DNA from: Schizochytrium sp. TIO01 | Taxonomy: Eukaryota > Protista > Bigyra: Labyrinthulomycetes | Reading direction: 5' to 3' | DNA: 64,000 nt | NCBI GenBank assembly: GCA_004764695.1 | Contig: SMSO01000008.1 | Coordinates: 1,014,296 to 1,078,295 of the forward strand | In this document: piece by piece, positions 46,401 to 60,200 of the stretch | Position numbering within the stretch: the stretch's first letter is position 1 | How the letters are laid out: each line of letters opens with the position of its first letter | Notes under the pieces: generated by a model | Told to the model about the DNA's origin: nothing | What the model saw: only the letters and a program-made list of their open reading frames with translations | The model's database searches: none | Made by a program: the position numbers and the translations under genes

Positions 46401-47970
46401 GCGCAGGTAGGCCTTAATGGGTGGTTCGCTTGGCTTTAGCAAAGATGCTGGGTTGATTAACTGCGCTTGGAGGCTACGTAGCTTCCGGTTCCCTCTGCTT
46501 GGCCGCCAAACGAACGATGCTGTGACATCAGATCGCGGCAACTTTGACTCTGCGAGACTTCGACGAGGCTCGAGCTCGTGCCACCATCGCCGCTTTGACA
46601 AGCAAGGCCTCAGGTCCGCCATCAAGGGAAATGAATGTTCTCTGGAAAAAGTAATCGATGCTGTTCATAAGCTTGGTCAATCTCAGTATGTGACTGTTTT
46701 GCTCTTGGTTATGGGTTTGTGAAATTCGCTGCTCACTAGAGTAATAAACAATTATTCACAAACACGAGCGACTTCATAGGTGGCGAAAAAATCAATAATC
46801 ATCATATCGAGTGGTTTTAGACCTAGAGATTGTGAGGTCTTTACTCTTATGCTTTGCACATTTTGGCCTGGATAATAGCAATGAGAGACTTTTTGAAAAT
46901 AAGGTTTTTGATTTTGGTTCCTTCATGGTGTAATACCTTTCACTACACAAACAATCACCGCAGTTACCATTGCAAATGCTTAAAGCAGGCATGAATTACG
47001 TAGAGTGCATCTAATTGGTTCATATGTATACGCTAGTGCTTCATATAGTTATAGAGTGTAATAATCTCAGTGTCTTTCGCACTGTGCACGAAAAGCAATC
47101 AGCTCTAGTATATTTTGGCATTGTCCTGTTGCAACAATTACAACGTTGTATTATATTGTTAAGTTATGGCTTTGCTTTATTGGGCTAGTTAATACGTTCC
47201 TTGTAGCAGATATATGCTAAACTACCAATAAAATAAAAAGCAGAATATAGTAAATCACGTTGTGGCTAGAGTTGCTCCTCCAGAATCCCAGATCAATTTA
47301 GGGGGCTGTAGATTGAAGCCAGGGCCCCTGGTACCTGCCTTTGTTTCGAAATGTAGTAATTGATGGATGTCTTCAGGGAAGCTTCTGAAGATTAAATTCC
47401 TTAAATTTGCTGAAGGGTATCTTCAACTTACAACTACTGCGCTGTTACCTTGAGAGTCCGCCACCAGGGCAAACGAAGAAGATGAAAAATGAATTCTCGG
47501 GCCAGCGAATGGCGTTTGAAATGAACAATATACATCTCGCGATTGAGAGTTGTGGTAAGCAGGAGCCCTTTTAAAAGCAAGTGTGACCTTTTCCTGTGAA
47601 TCTTCTATTCAATTTACCGATATTTTTATGCGTAGTTTTCATTTGTTTCTGCAAACGTGCTTTACAGAGAATGCAACTGCTGCCCCTGACTTTCCCTAGT
47701 AGATCATTCATTAATGCAAAGTGATTTTGTTTATTTATCTCTTTGTGCCTAATTTAGAATGCATTGCAAAAAATAGGATACATCAATTTTGTGATTCCCT
47801 ATCATTTTTATTATTCAGGAATGTTGATAGTAAGCCAACGACATCAGTACGTATGTCAAAAATGAACAGATTAACCCCGCTTTGTGTGGAGAACTGATAT
47901 CATTGCTCAATTATTAGTGATTCATATCAAAGTACCAAAAATGATTGGTTTGGGGGGAAAAAAGGTAAAA

Positions 47971-48089
47971 AACATTCAACACCGGGGCTTCGCATGCAGT
48001 CCCCTATCATACTACTGACCCGGCCCTACGCGACTTTACTTCTCAGTGCGAATGAGATGAGGTGTTACCCGCGTGGTATGATCGAATGT
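47971..48089 (-). rRNA. 5S rRNA, copy 3
   Basis: Identical 119 nt to copies 1 and 2, with unrelated flanks and an oligo-T terminator. Confidence 0.95.
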
Positions 48090-48113
48090 GACTAAGTTAG
48101 TCGAACTCTGGCA

Positions 48114-48119
48114 TTTATA
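48114..48119 (-). promoter_or_regulatory. TATA-like element about 25-30 nt upstream of 5S (also at about 13563-13570 and 26532-26539)
   Basis: All three 5S copies have a TATA-like run at the same distance, even copy 3 whose flank is otherwise unrelated. Confidence 0.45.
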
Positions 48120-51100
48120 CTCCAGAGCTCTATTTCATTCTTTTTATATAAAAAGTAACAACGCAGCAAGTAGCTTTCCTTCGAGTGTCTCTGGCCTCTG
48201 CCATGAAGACAAAAGCTTCCTTGCAGGCTTTCTGCTACGAAGTGTTTTATCTGTCTTTGTTGAAATACAAGCTGATGCTGAGCAACAGTAAAGTAAGTAA
48301 ACAGCAAGTCTGCTCTTTTTTCGACAAAACAGAAACATGTGCCACAGGCTAACTTTATCAACAAGTGATGAAATTCTGCTTTTGATTGACACTATTGAGA
48401 AGGAGAAACTGACACATTACTACGTCATGACTTCGTAAGGCTCAAAGGAAGACCTTCTTGACCAGACCATGGTGAAGCGTCAGTCAACATAGTGATGCGT
48501 CTATGTCAGGGAACGAAGGGGACGAAGCAAGCCTGAAAATGAGTTTGCAAGGCAATCCGACAAGATTAGCAAAAACCTGTAGGTCCTCTACTCTCTTGGT
48601 TGACCTTTCGAGCAATCGATTATTTATTCTGTGAATATTACAAATCTTGAGTGCATGCTTAAGAAATGCCTCATGTTTCTTTCCCAAGCACGAAATTATC
48701 TGACATGATTGAAAATTTCCAAAGCTGTCTTGTATAGGTTATTGGTTATAAGTAGTTGCTTTAGTCTAGTTTGCATAGTTTTAAGTAAATACATTTAGAA
48801 AAAAAGAAGAATTTTTACACTGTTTTTTGTTGTGGTATTTCAGTTCTGTGCTAGAAGGAAAGGTGACACTTGTTCACTTAAATGATTTCCTTTGCGTGTC
48901 CGAATCTCGCCGATATAGTTTGACTCTCTCCTACTAATCATTCTTCCTTTCACAGATGCAAGAAACACTCTACGTTCATGATTCATTCAAGCAGCTGTGT
49001 ATCTCCTGGAAAACCACAACAAGCTAATTTCCCATTCTGGATACAAGAAAGAAAGTTACTGGGTGCTACTATTCCTAATGAGTTAACCACCTAGTTATAA
49101 TATCTAGTGTTGCAAAGTTGAATATAATGAGAAGTGCGTATAAAAACTTATGAAGGGACTACCCAAGCACGGTTGTGCGCATTCTGTTTGGCTGTGTACT
49201 CACATGTGTCTCAGCTGCTTTGAAACTCACTCGAACAGCAACCTTGATGTATGTTTGAAGAACAACACAATCTTCAGTGGGAGCACAACACTACACCATC
49301 ACAGAGATCTCGTGGGAGATGCAAACCGCTTAACACTTTCATTAACACTATCAGCATATGTAGCTTCAGTACACGTGTTCTCCTCTTAAAGGTGTATTGC
49401 AAGTATGCGTGAGGCGATCACCAAGAGATAGCGTAGGAAAAGAAAAGTTAGAATTAATATTCAGGAACTGCTGCAAGGCCCATTGTCAAAGTCTATGGGC
49501 TTTGGACTTGTGTTCGGCACCTTGAGATGATCCGTCCGACACATAGCTGTAAAACTTCGATAAGGCATTAGTATGTAAAGCCAATAGTTTCTTTCAACGG
49601 ATGAATCATAATGTAGTAATGTTCAAATTCATCATTGTAGAATATGTCTTGGAACACTGCTAAAGCTTATCGTGGGATTCTATTAAGTCAAGTAGCCAGA
49701 TTAAAATATGCAGTTCGTGGGGCGCAGCAAAATTTAAAGCTCTGTGCTGAGATTACCAATCAAAGAGTTTTGCGGAGAAGAGTCATTGTCACACTATTAT
49801 AAGTCCTCGTAGTCTAGGACTTATAAGAATATGACTATCAAATACGAGGAGTGAGACCAAGGAAACTTCATAAGTGAAAGTGAAATACACAACCAAAGAA
49901 TTATGTTGAACAAACGAGCTAGCCTAACCCCTTGAGCTCCGAGTTTTAACAGTCTTAGTCTCCTACTCAGGGTATGAACTGTTCCACCTGTTCAATATTT
50001 TACGCAGCAGCAGCTGATCATTTACTAGGACAGTAAATCCTTGAATGCCACGAAACTCTTGAAGTTTTGGTGCTGAGTGTTCATCTCCAAGGTTTGCAAT
50101 CGCGAACTGTGTACGCCGAAGCATAAAACGATGCCGCCATCTTCCTATGTAACCTCTGGCTGCTTAGAGCACATCTTTTAATAGCGATTGTGCATTTACT
50201 TTGTAGCTTCTGTGGTATCCACAATTCTGTCATTGTCTCGCAATCTCAGATTGATGGAGTAAACTAATTCCCTTATCACTCTGTGTGTTCTTGCAATGCT
50301 CTCTTCTATAAAACCTTTGAAGAACAACTTAAAGAGCCGACCAGAAACGCAATGTTTTGCCTTTGGAGGTTCGTTGAGTCAACTTTGTTCTGAGAGCTTA
50401 AGATGTGGCAATTTAATGGTTTTCTTGAGAAGAGTCCATGCTTCGAATAGTAAATCTGGATACATGGCATATCAAGATTAAAGAGTTTCGAGGATTAAAT
50501 AACTGATGGTTTCCTTCTAGCTTTCAAAAGTTGTCTGGAGTGCAAAGGCTTGTGTTCAGAGTCTGATCTCTACGATTGACTTATTGTGAAATAGTAAATT
50601 GTTACCAAGAAAGAATCAATCTCCCTATTACTCAGGTCGTCATAGGTCCGGAGAAAGGGTTGCGTCTGTAATACTACTTTTGCTCCTGCCTTTGATGGCG
50701 TTCTTATGCAAATTGGAAAAGCCCAGCACCTCGCAACCGAGAGGAAATCGTCACCTTAAGGGTTTCAGTGCCGTTAGAAGAACTGCATTTTGGCTTTGAT
50801 GAAAAAATAAATAAAAAGTTGCTTTCCGAAATGAGAACTATTGAGAACTGCCAAAGAGAGATGAATCAAAAAAGTATTTTTGAGTTTGTTTTGCGACGAT
50901 TTGGCTTAAACCTGGAGCTTCTGATACCTTGCGGTGTTGCTGAATGAATTATCGAAGGAACGGAGGGAGTAAAACAAAGTAAGAATTAGTATCTAATAAT
51001 AAAGTAAATATGCTCCTCAAACTGGAAAAATAAAGTTAAGAAAGCATATATATCATCAGTGAAATGTTCACGAGTTATTACTTTGTTCTGATTTATGTTT

Positions 51101-51271
51101 AATTTATGTTAAGTTTTAGTACTTTCCCCCACGAAGAACCTTGCATGAATACACATTATAAATGTTGATCCTGTTGGCAGACGTCGGTGCTGTCTGGAGG
51201 AGAGCAATTACTTTCTTGCCTTCTAGTCAACAGCGCTTACGAAAAAGATAATCATTAAAAATTCGATTAAT

Positions 51272-54200
51272 TTATTCCAATCTGAAGTTTGCGCCAACAA
51301 TATCTGGTGTTAGCAAAGGCGACAATAACTCTTTCAGAACGAGTCGAAGATTTCTATCCTGAATTTTCGCATTCCAGTACTCACGCAGACGTTCAGCGCG
51401 GAGCAACTGCCACGCCTCACGAACCTGCTCAAAAGAATCAGCAAAAAATGGATCTTCCCCAAGTCTTCTTGAACAGGTTCTCACATGATCATGACATGCA
51501 TCTTCATCATGAGAACTGTAGCCAAGACACCAAGCGCAGAAGTGATGACCACAAGTCTCATTACCACACTCTACAGCACAGCAACCGTCAAAATCGTGTA
51601 CATATGCCTTACAGTTCGGACAACATGTGCTCAAGATCTTCTCTTGAATATGAAGTAAATGAAGCCGTGCGTCGCGATTCTGTTCATCAGCACGTAAAAC
51701 TTGTGCTATACGCCTTTGGATCTCCTTCTCCGCCCAAACTGCTGCTTCATTTTCTGCCTTCATCTTCGCAATCAACAATAGGTGATTCAAAGCAGTTGGT
51801 GCAAGACGGGTGATTTCTTGACCTGATATCCTTCCACTACATTCAGGTTTCATGCATGCCATCGTTCCATCAGCATCCACTCTTACGTTAGCAAGTGGCC
51901 GTGCCGCCGCTTCTACTGCAGATTCGATACAGTCTCTGCAAAGGAAGTCTCCCTCCTCGCAGCTCGTGCCCTCGGAAAGCAGATGCTCCTCCATGCATAC
52001 TAGACATATCTTGACAGGGATCTTAGGAGCTCCAAAAGCTTCATGTTGGAGTGCTTGGCGAGCGGTTGGACGCTGGCCAGGGTCTGTTGCTGTAAGAGCA
52101 TCGATAAGTTTCTGCATTGCAGCGGTTCGCTCAGTAGGATACAGCTCCTTTAAGCTGATGCCCACAGAGTACATGTCCATCGCTGTTTCAAACCTATCTA
52201 CAGGCCCATTCTGCAACTCGGGGGCAACGTACCGTGGCGTTGCCTGAAGTGATGTGTAAGTTGCAGTGTAGTCTGCATTCTTGATGCCGTCAAAGTCGCC
52301 GATCAATGGTGTCCCGTTGCTTGTGAGGAAAATGTTCTCTGGTTTGATGTCACAATGCACAATGCCGTGGGTATGCAAATCCGCCACGCCGATGAGCAGG
52401 CCCACAGCAAGTCGGTCGCGTGCTGCTTTGCCTTCATTAGGATGACTATCAATCCACTTGGCAAGGTCACCTTGCTCGTAGAAAGGCATTACAATACAGC
52501 CACGCGGTTCTCCATTAGAGGTATCCACAAAAGCGCCAGTGATACGTATCACGTGCTGAGACACCACGTTTCCCATATTTGCAACTTGTCTGTAGAAGGT
52601 TTTGGATTGACTTGAATGTCCAAGCTGAAACTCTTTGAGAACCATAGTTTTACCAAAGTTGTCAAGAACCTTTTGTACTCTCTTGCCACCTCTGGAAGCA
52701 AGGGGTTCGTCGACAGGCTTGAAGTCCGAAACTGTGACATTCGTCAACCAAAGGTCAGAACATGCTACTTCAAGAACACCCTCTGCACTTACGTGAAGCC
52801 TTTCCAGCCAGGCTCTATCTTGCAGTAACTCTGGATAATGTTCCTGCGCGTGTTGCAGAGTTTCAGCAAGCTTATGACGAAAGGCTTTGCTAAGTTCGAT
52901 AGGGTTGCCTTGAGAGAGAACGAGCTCTTGCTTCTTCATTCGATTTCTAAAATATGCTTGATCTTCCTCATCCAAGTCCTCTGTTTCAATTACTTCTTTC
53001 GATCTCTTCAAACTTTCTGTGGCTTTCCTCGAGTTGTCAAGCTTCTGGTATAATGCCTCAACATCTAAGATATTTGGTTCTTTCAAACCCAGTACTGCAT
53101 AGTCATACAGACTAGAGAGCTCTTTTGGTGTGTAATTGCTCGCGTCATTCAACGCAGCACTTTCAGAGTATCCTTCAAATCGAGCGAATGTTGAACTTAT
53201 CGCGCAAAATATTTTGGACAAGTGGGTACGAAGTGTATCTCCTCGTAGAGCTTCGATCTCTTCCTTGAGAGCACTCTCAAGTTCAGACAACTCGGGTTCT
53301 AGCTCCATGGCCTGCTCAGGTGTCCTCAGGGCAACCCATAATCCATCACCAAGTTCTAGCTCAGACAATCGAGAGACGACGCGTTTTACAGCTTGTTGAC
53401 TTCGCTCACCAATGTTGTTGGATTGGCCTTCTCCACTCCTCTTGTACCCTTCCACGCATTGGACAGCCTGAACAACGAGTTCTTGGCAGTGTTTGAAGTC
53501 ATCTGTGCTGGTCTCTTCATCGACTGGTGCAAGGTTGATCTTTAGATCGTTTACCAAACTTTCGACTCTCACTTTGAATTCTCGCACTGCACTCTCATCA
53601 CTTTCGCAAAGGTTGGCGCTAACCCATGGGTGCGCGACCTGCAAAAGTGAATGCAGGTGCCTCCGTTCGGTGTTCCGCTTTTCGATGAGGCTTGGCAAGC
53701 CATTTGCAGAGCTTGCACGAATCTGGTCTTGTAGCGTGTCAAGACTCTCTTTGGAGTTCTTGATGTCAGCGGAAACCTGTCGCAACTTCACTCGGCCAAA
53801 GTAGCCCTGGATCGCCGATCCTACGAATTCCTCAAGCAAGGCAATCCCAGTCTGCAGGGAGTTCCCTCTGACCCCGCCTCGGTCCGCGCGCAAGTCCGAG
53901 ACTTTCTTGGCAAGCTGCACCACATCAGCGAAACTCACGCTCGCTCCATCCAGCCGTTCTCTGAGGCGAACAAGAAGACGTAAGCAAATGAGCAAAATAA
54001 TGTTGAAGCAGTAATAAAGGCAGAAGCAAAAGTTAGGATCCCCTATATCTCGATAACACAATTCGAATAATTACACGATCCCAAACAAAGACTGACCGCA
54101 TGAACTTACCCAGATCCATCCAAAGTAGCAAGCCCGGCGCTCTCAACGCCATCTTTCTCGTTCTTGGGCTCTGCAGACGGCTCGCTTTCTGCCGACTCTA

Positions 54201-57200
54201 TGGAGGCACAAGAATCGGTGTCTGACGAGAAATCTGCAATGTCCTCTCCAGGAGAACACACCCTTTCAAACAATTCTTTAGGAGTTCCAGAAAAATTGTC
54301 ATAGCTGCATTTTGTAAATAAATGAACGAAAGAAAGAGAATAAAAGCGCTTGTTAGAAAAACGATGCACGCAACTAAAGACGGCCTTCTCACAAGTCCAT
54401 ATGGAGACATGGAGAGAACCAGCGAAGGTAAGGCTCTGCACAAGCTGGGAATAGCAGCAGAGGGAACGGAACTTACTAAATTTTAACAGAAGGACATGCT
54501 TTGTGCAGAGACTTTGCGACGGCCTTTGCGCCCTCATCGCCAATGTTGTTGTCACCAAGACTGTGAGTATAAATGAATAAGTTTGTTTTGTTCATTCGTT
54601 GTCAGGAAAGACAGGTCCAGTCAGTTGATCCTGTTTTGTTTTGTTTTTCCTCACAATAAAATGCAATCACCTCTTCTTCTTCTGCTGCTGCTGCGTATCA
54701 AATTATATAGATTTCTTTCTTCTCTTTGTAAAAAAGAAAAGACTTCTTTGCCTTTCTTTGCGTACCCAACTACGTAAACTACGTAGATAGTGTACCAGCA
54801 GTACTATAAACACCAAGCACTAAAAAGAAAGAAAGAAAAAGCTTGGTCCTGACTATTACGATAGCTTTCCCTCGTGGATGATTCCACAAACGTACGACAA
54901 TTCTTGAAGGTTCTCGCATCCCTCGAGTGCCTTTGCGACGGCCTTTGCGCCCTCATGACCAATTCTTTTCCCACACAGACTGTGAGTATAAATGAATAAG
55001 TTTGTTTTGTTCATTCGTTGTCAGGAAAGACAGGTCCAGTCAGTTGATCCTGTTTTGTTTTGTTTTTCCTCACAATAAAAAGCAATCACCTCTTCTTCTT
55101 CTGCTGCTGCTGCTATCAAATTATATAGATTTCTTTCTTCTCTTTGTAAAAAAGAAAAGACTTCTTTGCCTTTCTTTGCGTACCCAACTACGTAAACTAC
55201 GTAGGTAGTGTACCAGCAGTACTACAAACACCAAGCACTAAAAAGAAAGAAAGAAAAAGCTTGGTCCTGACTATTACGATAGCTTTCCCTCGTGGATGAT
55301 TCCACAAACGTACTCAAGATTGAGTAGGTTCTTGCATCCCTCGAGTGCCTTTGCGACGGCCTTTGCGCCCTCATCGCCAATGTTATTTTCCAGAAGACTG
55401 TGAGTATAAATGAATAAGTTTGTTTTGTTCATTCGTTGTCAGGAAAGACAGGTCCAGTCAGTTGATCCTGTTTTGTTTTGTTTTTTTCCTCACAATAAAA
55501 AGCAATCAGCTCTTCTTCTGCTGCTGCTGCTGCCTATCAAATTATATAGATTTCCTTCTTCTCTTTGTAAAAAAGAAAAGACTTCTTTGCCTTTCTTTGC
55601 GTACCCAACTACGTAAACTACTTAGGTAGTGTACCAGCAGTACTACAAACACCAAGCACTAAAAAGAAAGAAAGAAAAAGCTTGGTCCTGACTATTACGA
55701 TAGCTTTCCCTCGTGGATGATTCCACAAACGTACTCTAAAGTTTGAAGGTTCTTGCATCCCTCGAGTGCCTTTGCGACGGCCTTTGCGCCCTCATCGCCA
55801 ATGTTGTTTCCAGAAGACTGTGAGTATAAATGAATAAGTTTGTTTTGTTCATTCGTTGTCAGGAAAGACAGGTCCAGTCAGTTGATCCTGTTTTGTTTTG
55901 TTTTTCCTCACAATAAAAAGCAATCACCTCTTCTTCTTCTGCTGCTGCTGCTGCCTATCAAATTATATAGATTTCCTTCTTCTCTTTGTAAAAAAGAAAA
56001 GACTTCTTTGCCTTTCTTTGCGTACCCAACTACGTAAACTACTTAGGTAGTGTACCAGCAGTACTACAAACACCAAGCACTAAAAAAGAAAGAAAGAAAA
56101 AGCTTGGTCCTGACTATTACGATAGCTTTCCCTCGTGGATGATTCCACAAACGTACTTCAATAGTTGAAGGTTCTTGCATCCCTCGAGTGCCTTTGCGAC
56201 GGCCTTTGCGCCCTCATCGCCAATGTTGTTGCTAGAAGACTGTGAGTATAAATGAATAAGTTTGTTTTGTTCATTCGTTGTCAGGAAAGACAGGTCCAGT
56301 CAGTTGATCCTGTTTTGTTTTGTTTTTCCTCACAATAAAAAGCAATCAGCTCTTCTTCTTCTGCTGCTGCTGCTGCCTATCAAATTATATAGATTTCCTT
56401 CTTCTCTTTGTAAAAAAGAAAAGACTTCTTTGCCTTTCTTTGCGTACCCAACTACGTAAACTACTTAGGTAGTGTACCAGCAGTACTACAAACACCAAGC
56501 ACTAAAAAGAAAGAAAGAAAAAGCTTGGTCCTGACTATTACGATAGCTTTCCCTCGTGGATGATTCCACAAACGTACTTCAAAGTTTGAAGGTTCTTGCA
56601 TCCCTCGAGTGCCTTTGCGACGGCCTTTGCGCCCTCCGATCGCCAATGTTGTTTCCAAAAGACTGTGAGTATAAATGAATAAGTTTGTTTTGTTCATTCG
56701 TTGTCAGGAAAGACAGGTCCAGTCAGTTGATCCTGTTTTGTTTTGTTTTTTCCTCACAATAAAAAGCAATCAGCTCTTCTTCTTCTCTGCTGCTGCTGCT
56801 GCCTATCAAATTATATAGATTTCCTTCTTCTCTTTGTAAAAAAGAAAAGACTTCTTTGCCTTTCTTTGCGTACCCAACTACGTAAACTACTTAGGTAGTG
56901 TACCAGCAGTACTACAAACACCAAGCACTAAAAAGAAAGAAAGAAAAAGCTTGGTCCTGACTATTACGATAGCTTTCCCTCGTGGATGATTCCACAAACG
57001 TACTTTAAAGTTTGAAGGTTCTTGCATCCCTCGAGTGCCTTTGCGACGGCCTTTGCGCCCTCATCGCCAATGTTGTTGCCTAAAGACTGTGAGTATAAAT
57101 GAATAAGTTTGTTTTGTTCATTCGTTGTCAGGAAAGACAGGTCCAGTCAGTTGATCCTGTTTTGTTTTGTTTTTCCTCACAATAAAAAGCAATCACCTCT

Positions 57201-60200
57201 TCTTCTTCTGCTGCTGCTGCTGCCTATCAAATTATATAGATTTCCTCTTCTCTTTGTAAAAAAGAAAAGACTTCTTTGCCTTTCTTTGCGTACCCAACTA
57301 CGTAAACTACTTAGGTAGTGTACCAGCAGTACTACAAACACCAAGCACTAAAAAGAAAGAAAGAAAAAGCTTGGTCCTGACTATTACGATAGCTTTCCCT
57401 CGTGGATGATTCCACAAACGTACTCAAAGTTTGAAGGTTCTTGCATCCCTCGAGTGCCTTTGCGACGGCCTTTGCGCCCTCATCGCCAATGTTGTTTCTC
57501 AAAGACTGTGAGTATAAATGAATAAGTTTGTTTTGTTCATTCGTTGTCAGGAAAGACAGGTCCAGTCAGTTGATCCTGTTTTGTTTTGTTTTTCCTCACA
57601 ATAAAAAGCAATCAGCCTCTTCTTCTTCTGCTGCTGCTGCTGCCTATCAAATTATATAGATTTCCTTCTTCTCTTTGTAAAAAAGAAAAGACTTCTTTGC
57701 CTTTCTTTGCGTACCCAACTACGTAAACTACTTAGGTAGTGTACCAGCAGTACTACAAACACCAAGCACTAAAAAGAAAGAAAGAAAAAGCTTGGTCCTG
57801 ACTATTACGATAGCTTTCCCTCGTGGATGATTCCACAAACGTACTCTAAAGTTTGAAGGTTCTTGCATCCCTCGAGTGCCTTTGCGACGGCCTTTGCGCC
57901 CTCATCGCCAATGTTGTTGTTGCCAAGACTGTGAGTATAAATGAATAAGTTTGTTTTGTTCATTCGTTGTCAGGAAAGACAGGTCCAGTCAGTTGATCCT
58001 GTTTTGTTTTGTTTTTCCTCACAATAAAAAGCAATCAGCTCTTCTTCTTCTTCTGCTGCTGCTGCCTGCCTATCAAATTATATAGATTTCCTTCTTCTCT
58101 TTGTAAAAAAGAAAAGACTTCTTTGCCTTTCTTTGCGTACCCAACTACGTAAACTACTTAGGTAGTGTACCAGCAGTACTACAAACACCAAGCACTAAAA
58201 AGAAAGAAAGAAAAAGCTTGGTCCTGACTATTACGATAGCTTTCCCTCGTGGATGATTCCACAAACGTACTCTAAAGTTTGAAGGTTCTTGCATCCCTCG
58301 AGTGCCTTTGCGACGGCCTTTGCGCCCTCATCGCCAATGTTGTTGCCAAAGACTGTGAGTATAAATGAATAAGTTTGTTTTGTTCATTCGTTGTCAGGAA
58401 AGACAGGTCCAGTCAGTTGATCCTGTTTTGTTTTGTTTTTCCTCACAATAAAAAGCAATCACCTCTTCTTCTTCTCTGCTGCTGCTGCTGCCTATCAAAT
58501 TATATAGATTTCCTTCTTCTCTTTGTAAAAAAGAAAAGACTTCTTTGCCTTTCTTTGCGTACCCAACTACGTAAACTACTTAGGTAGTGTACCAGCAGTA
58601 CTACAAACACCAAGCACTAAAAAGAAAGAAAGAAAAAGCTTGGTCCTGACTATTACGATAGCTTTCCCTCGTGGATGATTCCACAAACGTACTCTAAAGT
58701 TTGAAGGTTCTTGCATCCCTCGAGTGCCTTTGCGACGGCCTTTGCGCCCTCATCGAGCCAATGTTGTTGCCAAAGACTGTGAGTATAAATGAATAAGTTT
58801 GTTTTGTTCATTCGTTGTCAGGAAAGACAGGTCCAGTCAGTTGATCCTGTTTTGTTTTGTTTTTCCTCACAATAAAAAGCAATCAGCTCTTCTTCTTCTT
58901 CTGCTGCTGCTGCTGCCTATCAAATTATATAGATTTCCTTCTTCTCTTTGTAAAAAAGAAAAGACTTCTTTGCCTTTCTTTGCGTACCCAACTACGTAAA
59001 CTACTTAGGTAGTGTACCAGCAGTACTACAAACACCAAGCACTAAAAAGAAAGAAAGAAAAAGCTTGGTCCTGACTATTACGATAGCTTTCCCTCGTGGA
59101 TGATTCCACAAACGTACTCAAAGTTTGAAGGTTCTTGCATCCCTCGAGTGCCTTTGCGACGGCCTTTGCGCCCTCCGAGCCAATGTTGTTGCCATAAGAC
59201 TGTGAGTATAAATGAATAAGTTTGTTTTGTTCATTCGTTGTCAGGAAAGACAGGTCCAGTCAGTTGATCCTGTTTTGTTTTGTTTTTCCTCACAATAAAA
59301 AGCAATCAGCTCTATTTCTTCTTCTTCTGCTGCTGCTGCTCCTGCCTATCAAATTATATAGATTTCCTCTTCTCTTTGTAAAAAAGAAAAGACTTCTTTG
59401 CCTTTCTTTGCGTACCCAACTACGTAAACTACTTAGGTAGTGTACCAGCAGTACTACAAACACCAAGCACTAAAAAGAAAGAAAGAAAAAGCTTGGTCCT
59501 GACTATTACGATAGCTTTCCCTCGTGGATGATTCCACAAACGTACACTAAAGTTTGAAGGTTCTTGCATCCCTCGAGTGCCTTTGCGACGGCCTTTGCGC
59601 CCTCATCGCCAATGTTGTTTTGCCAAAGACTGTGAGTATAAATGAATAAGTTTGTTTTGTTCATTCGTTGTCAGGAAAGACAGGTCCCAGTCAGTTGATC
59701 CTGTTTTGTTTTGTTTTTCCTCACAATAAAAAGCAATCAGCTCTATTTCTTCTTCTCTGCTGCTGCTGCTCCTGCCTATCAAATTATATAGATTTCCTTC
59801 TTCTCTTTGTAAAAAAGAAAAGACTTCTTTGCCTTTCTTTGCGTACCCAACTACGTAAACTACTTAGGTAGTGTACCAGCAGTACTACAAACACCAAGCA
59901 CTAAAAAGAAAGAAAGAAAAAGCTTGGTCCTGACTATTACGATAGCTTTCCCTCGTGGATGATTCCACAAACGTACTACTAAAGTTTGAAGGTTCTTGCA
60001 TCCCTCGAGTGCCTTTGCGACGGCCTTTGCGCCCTCCGAGCCAATGTTGTTGCCATGAAGACTGTGAGTATAAATGAATAAGTTTGTTTTGTTCATTCGT
60101 TGTCAGGAAAGACAGGTCCAGTCAGTTGATCCTGGTTTGTTTTGTTTTTCCTCACAATAAAAAGCAATCAGCTCTTCTTCTTCTTCTGCTGCTGCTGCTG

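Noticed and set aside
49797-49826. Perfect 11-bp inverted repeat ttataagtcct/aggacttataa
   Set aside because: Isolated, AT-rich and with no associated element; compatible with chance.
54815-54845. Pyrimidine tract plus TAG inside each array-3 intron (minus strand) as a cryptic acceptor giving truncated LRR-only proteins
   Set aside because: The array acceptors here are A/C-rich rather than pyrimidine-rich, and nothing in the sequence shows it is used; transcript data would be needed.
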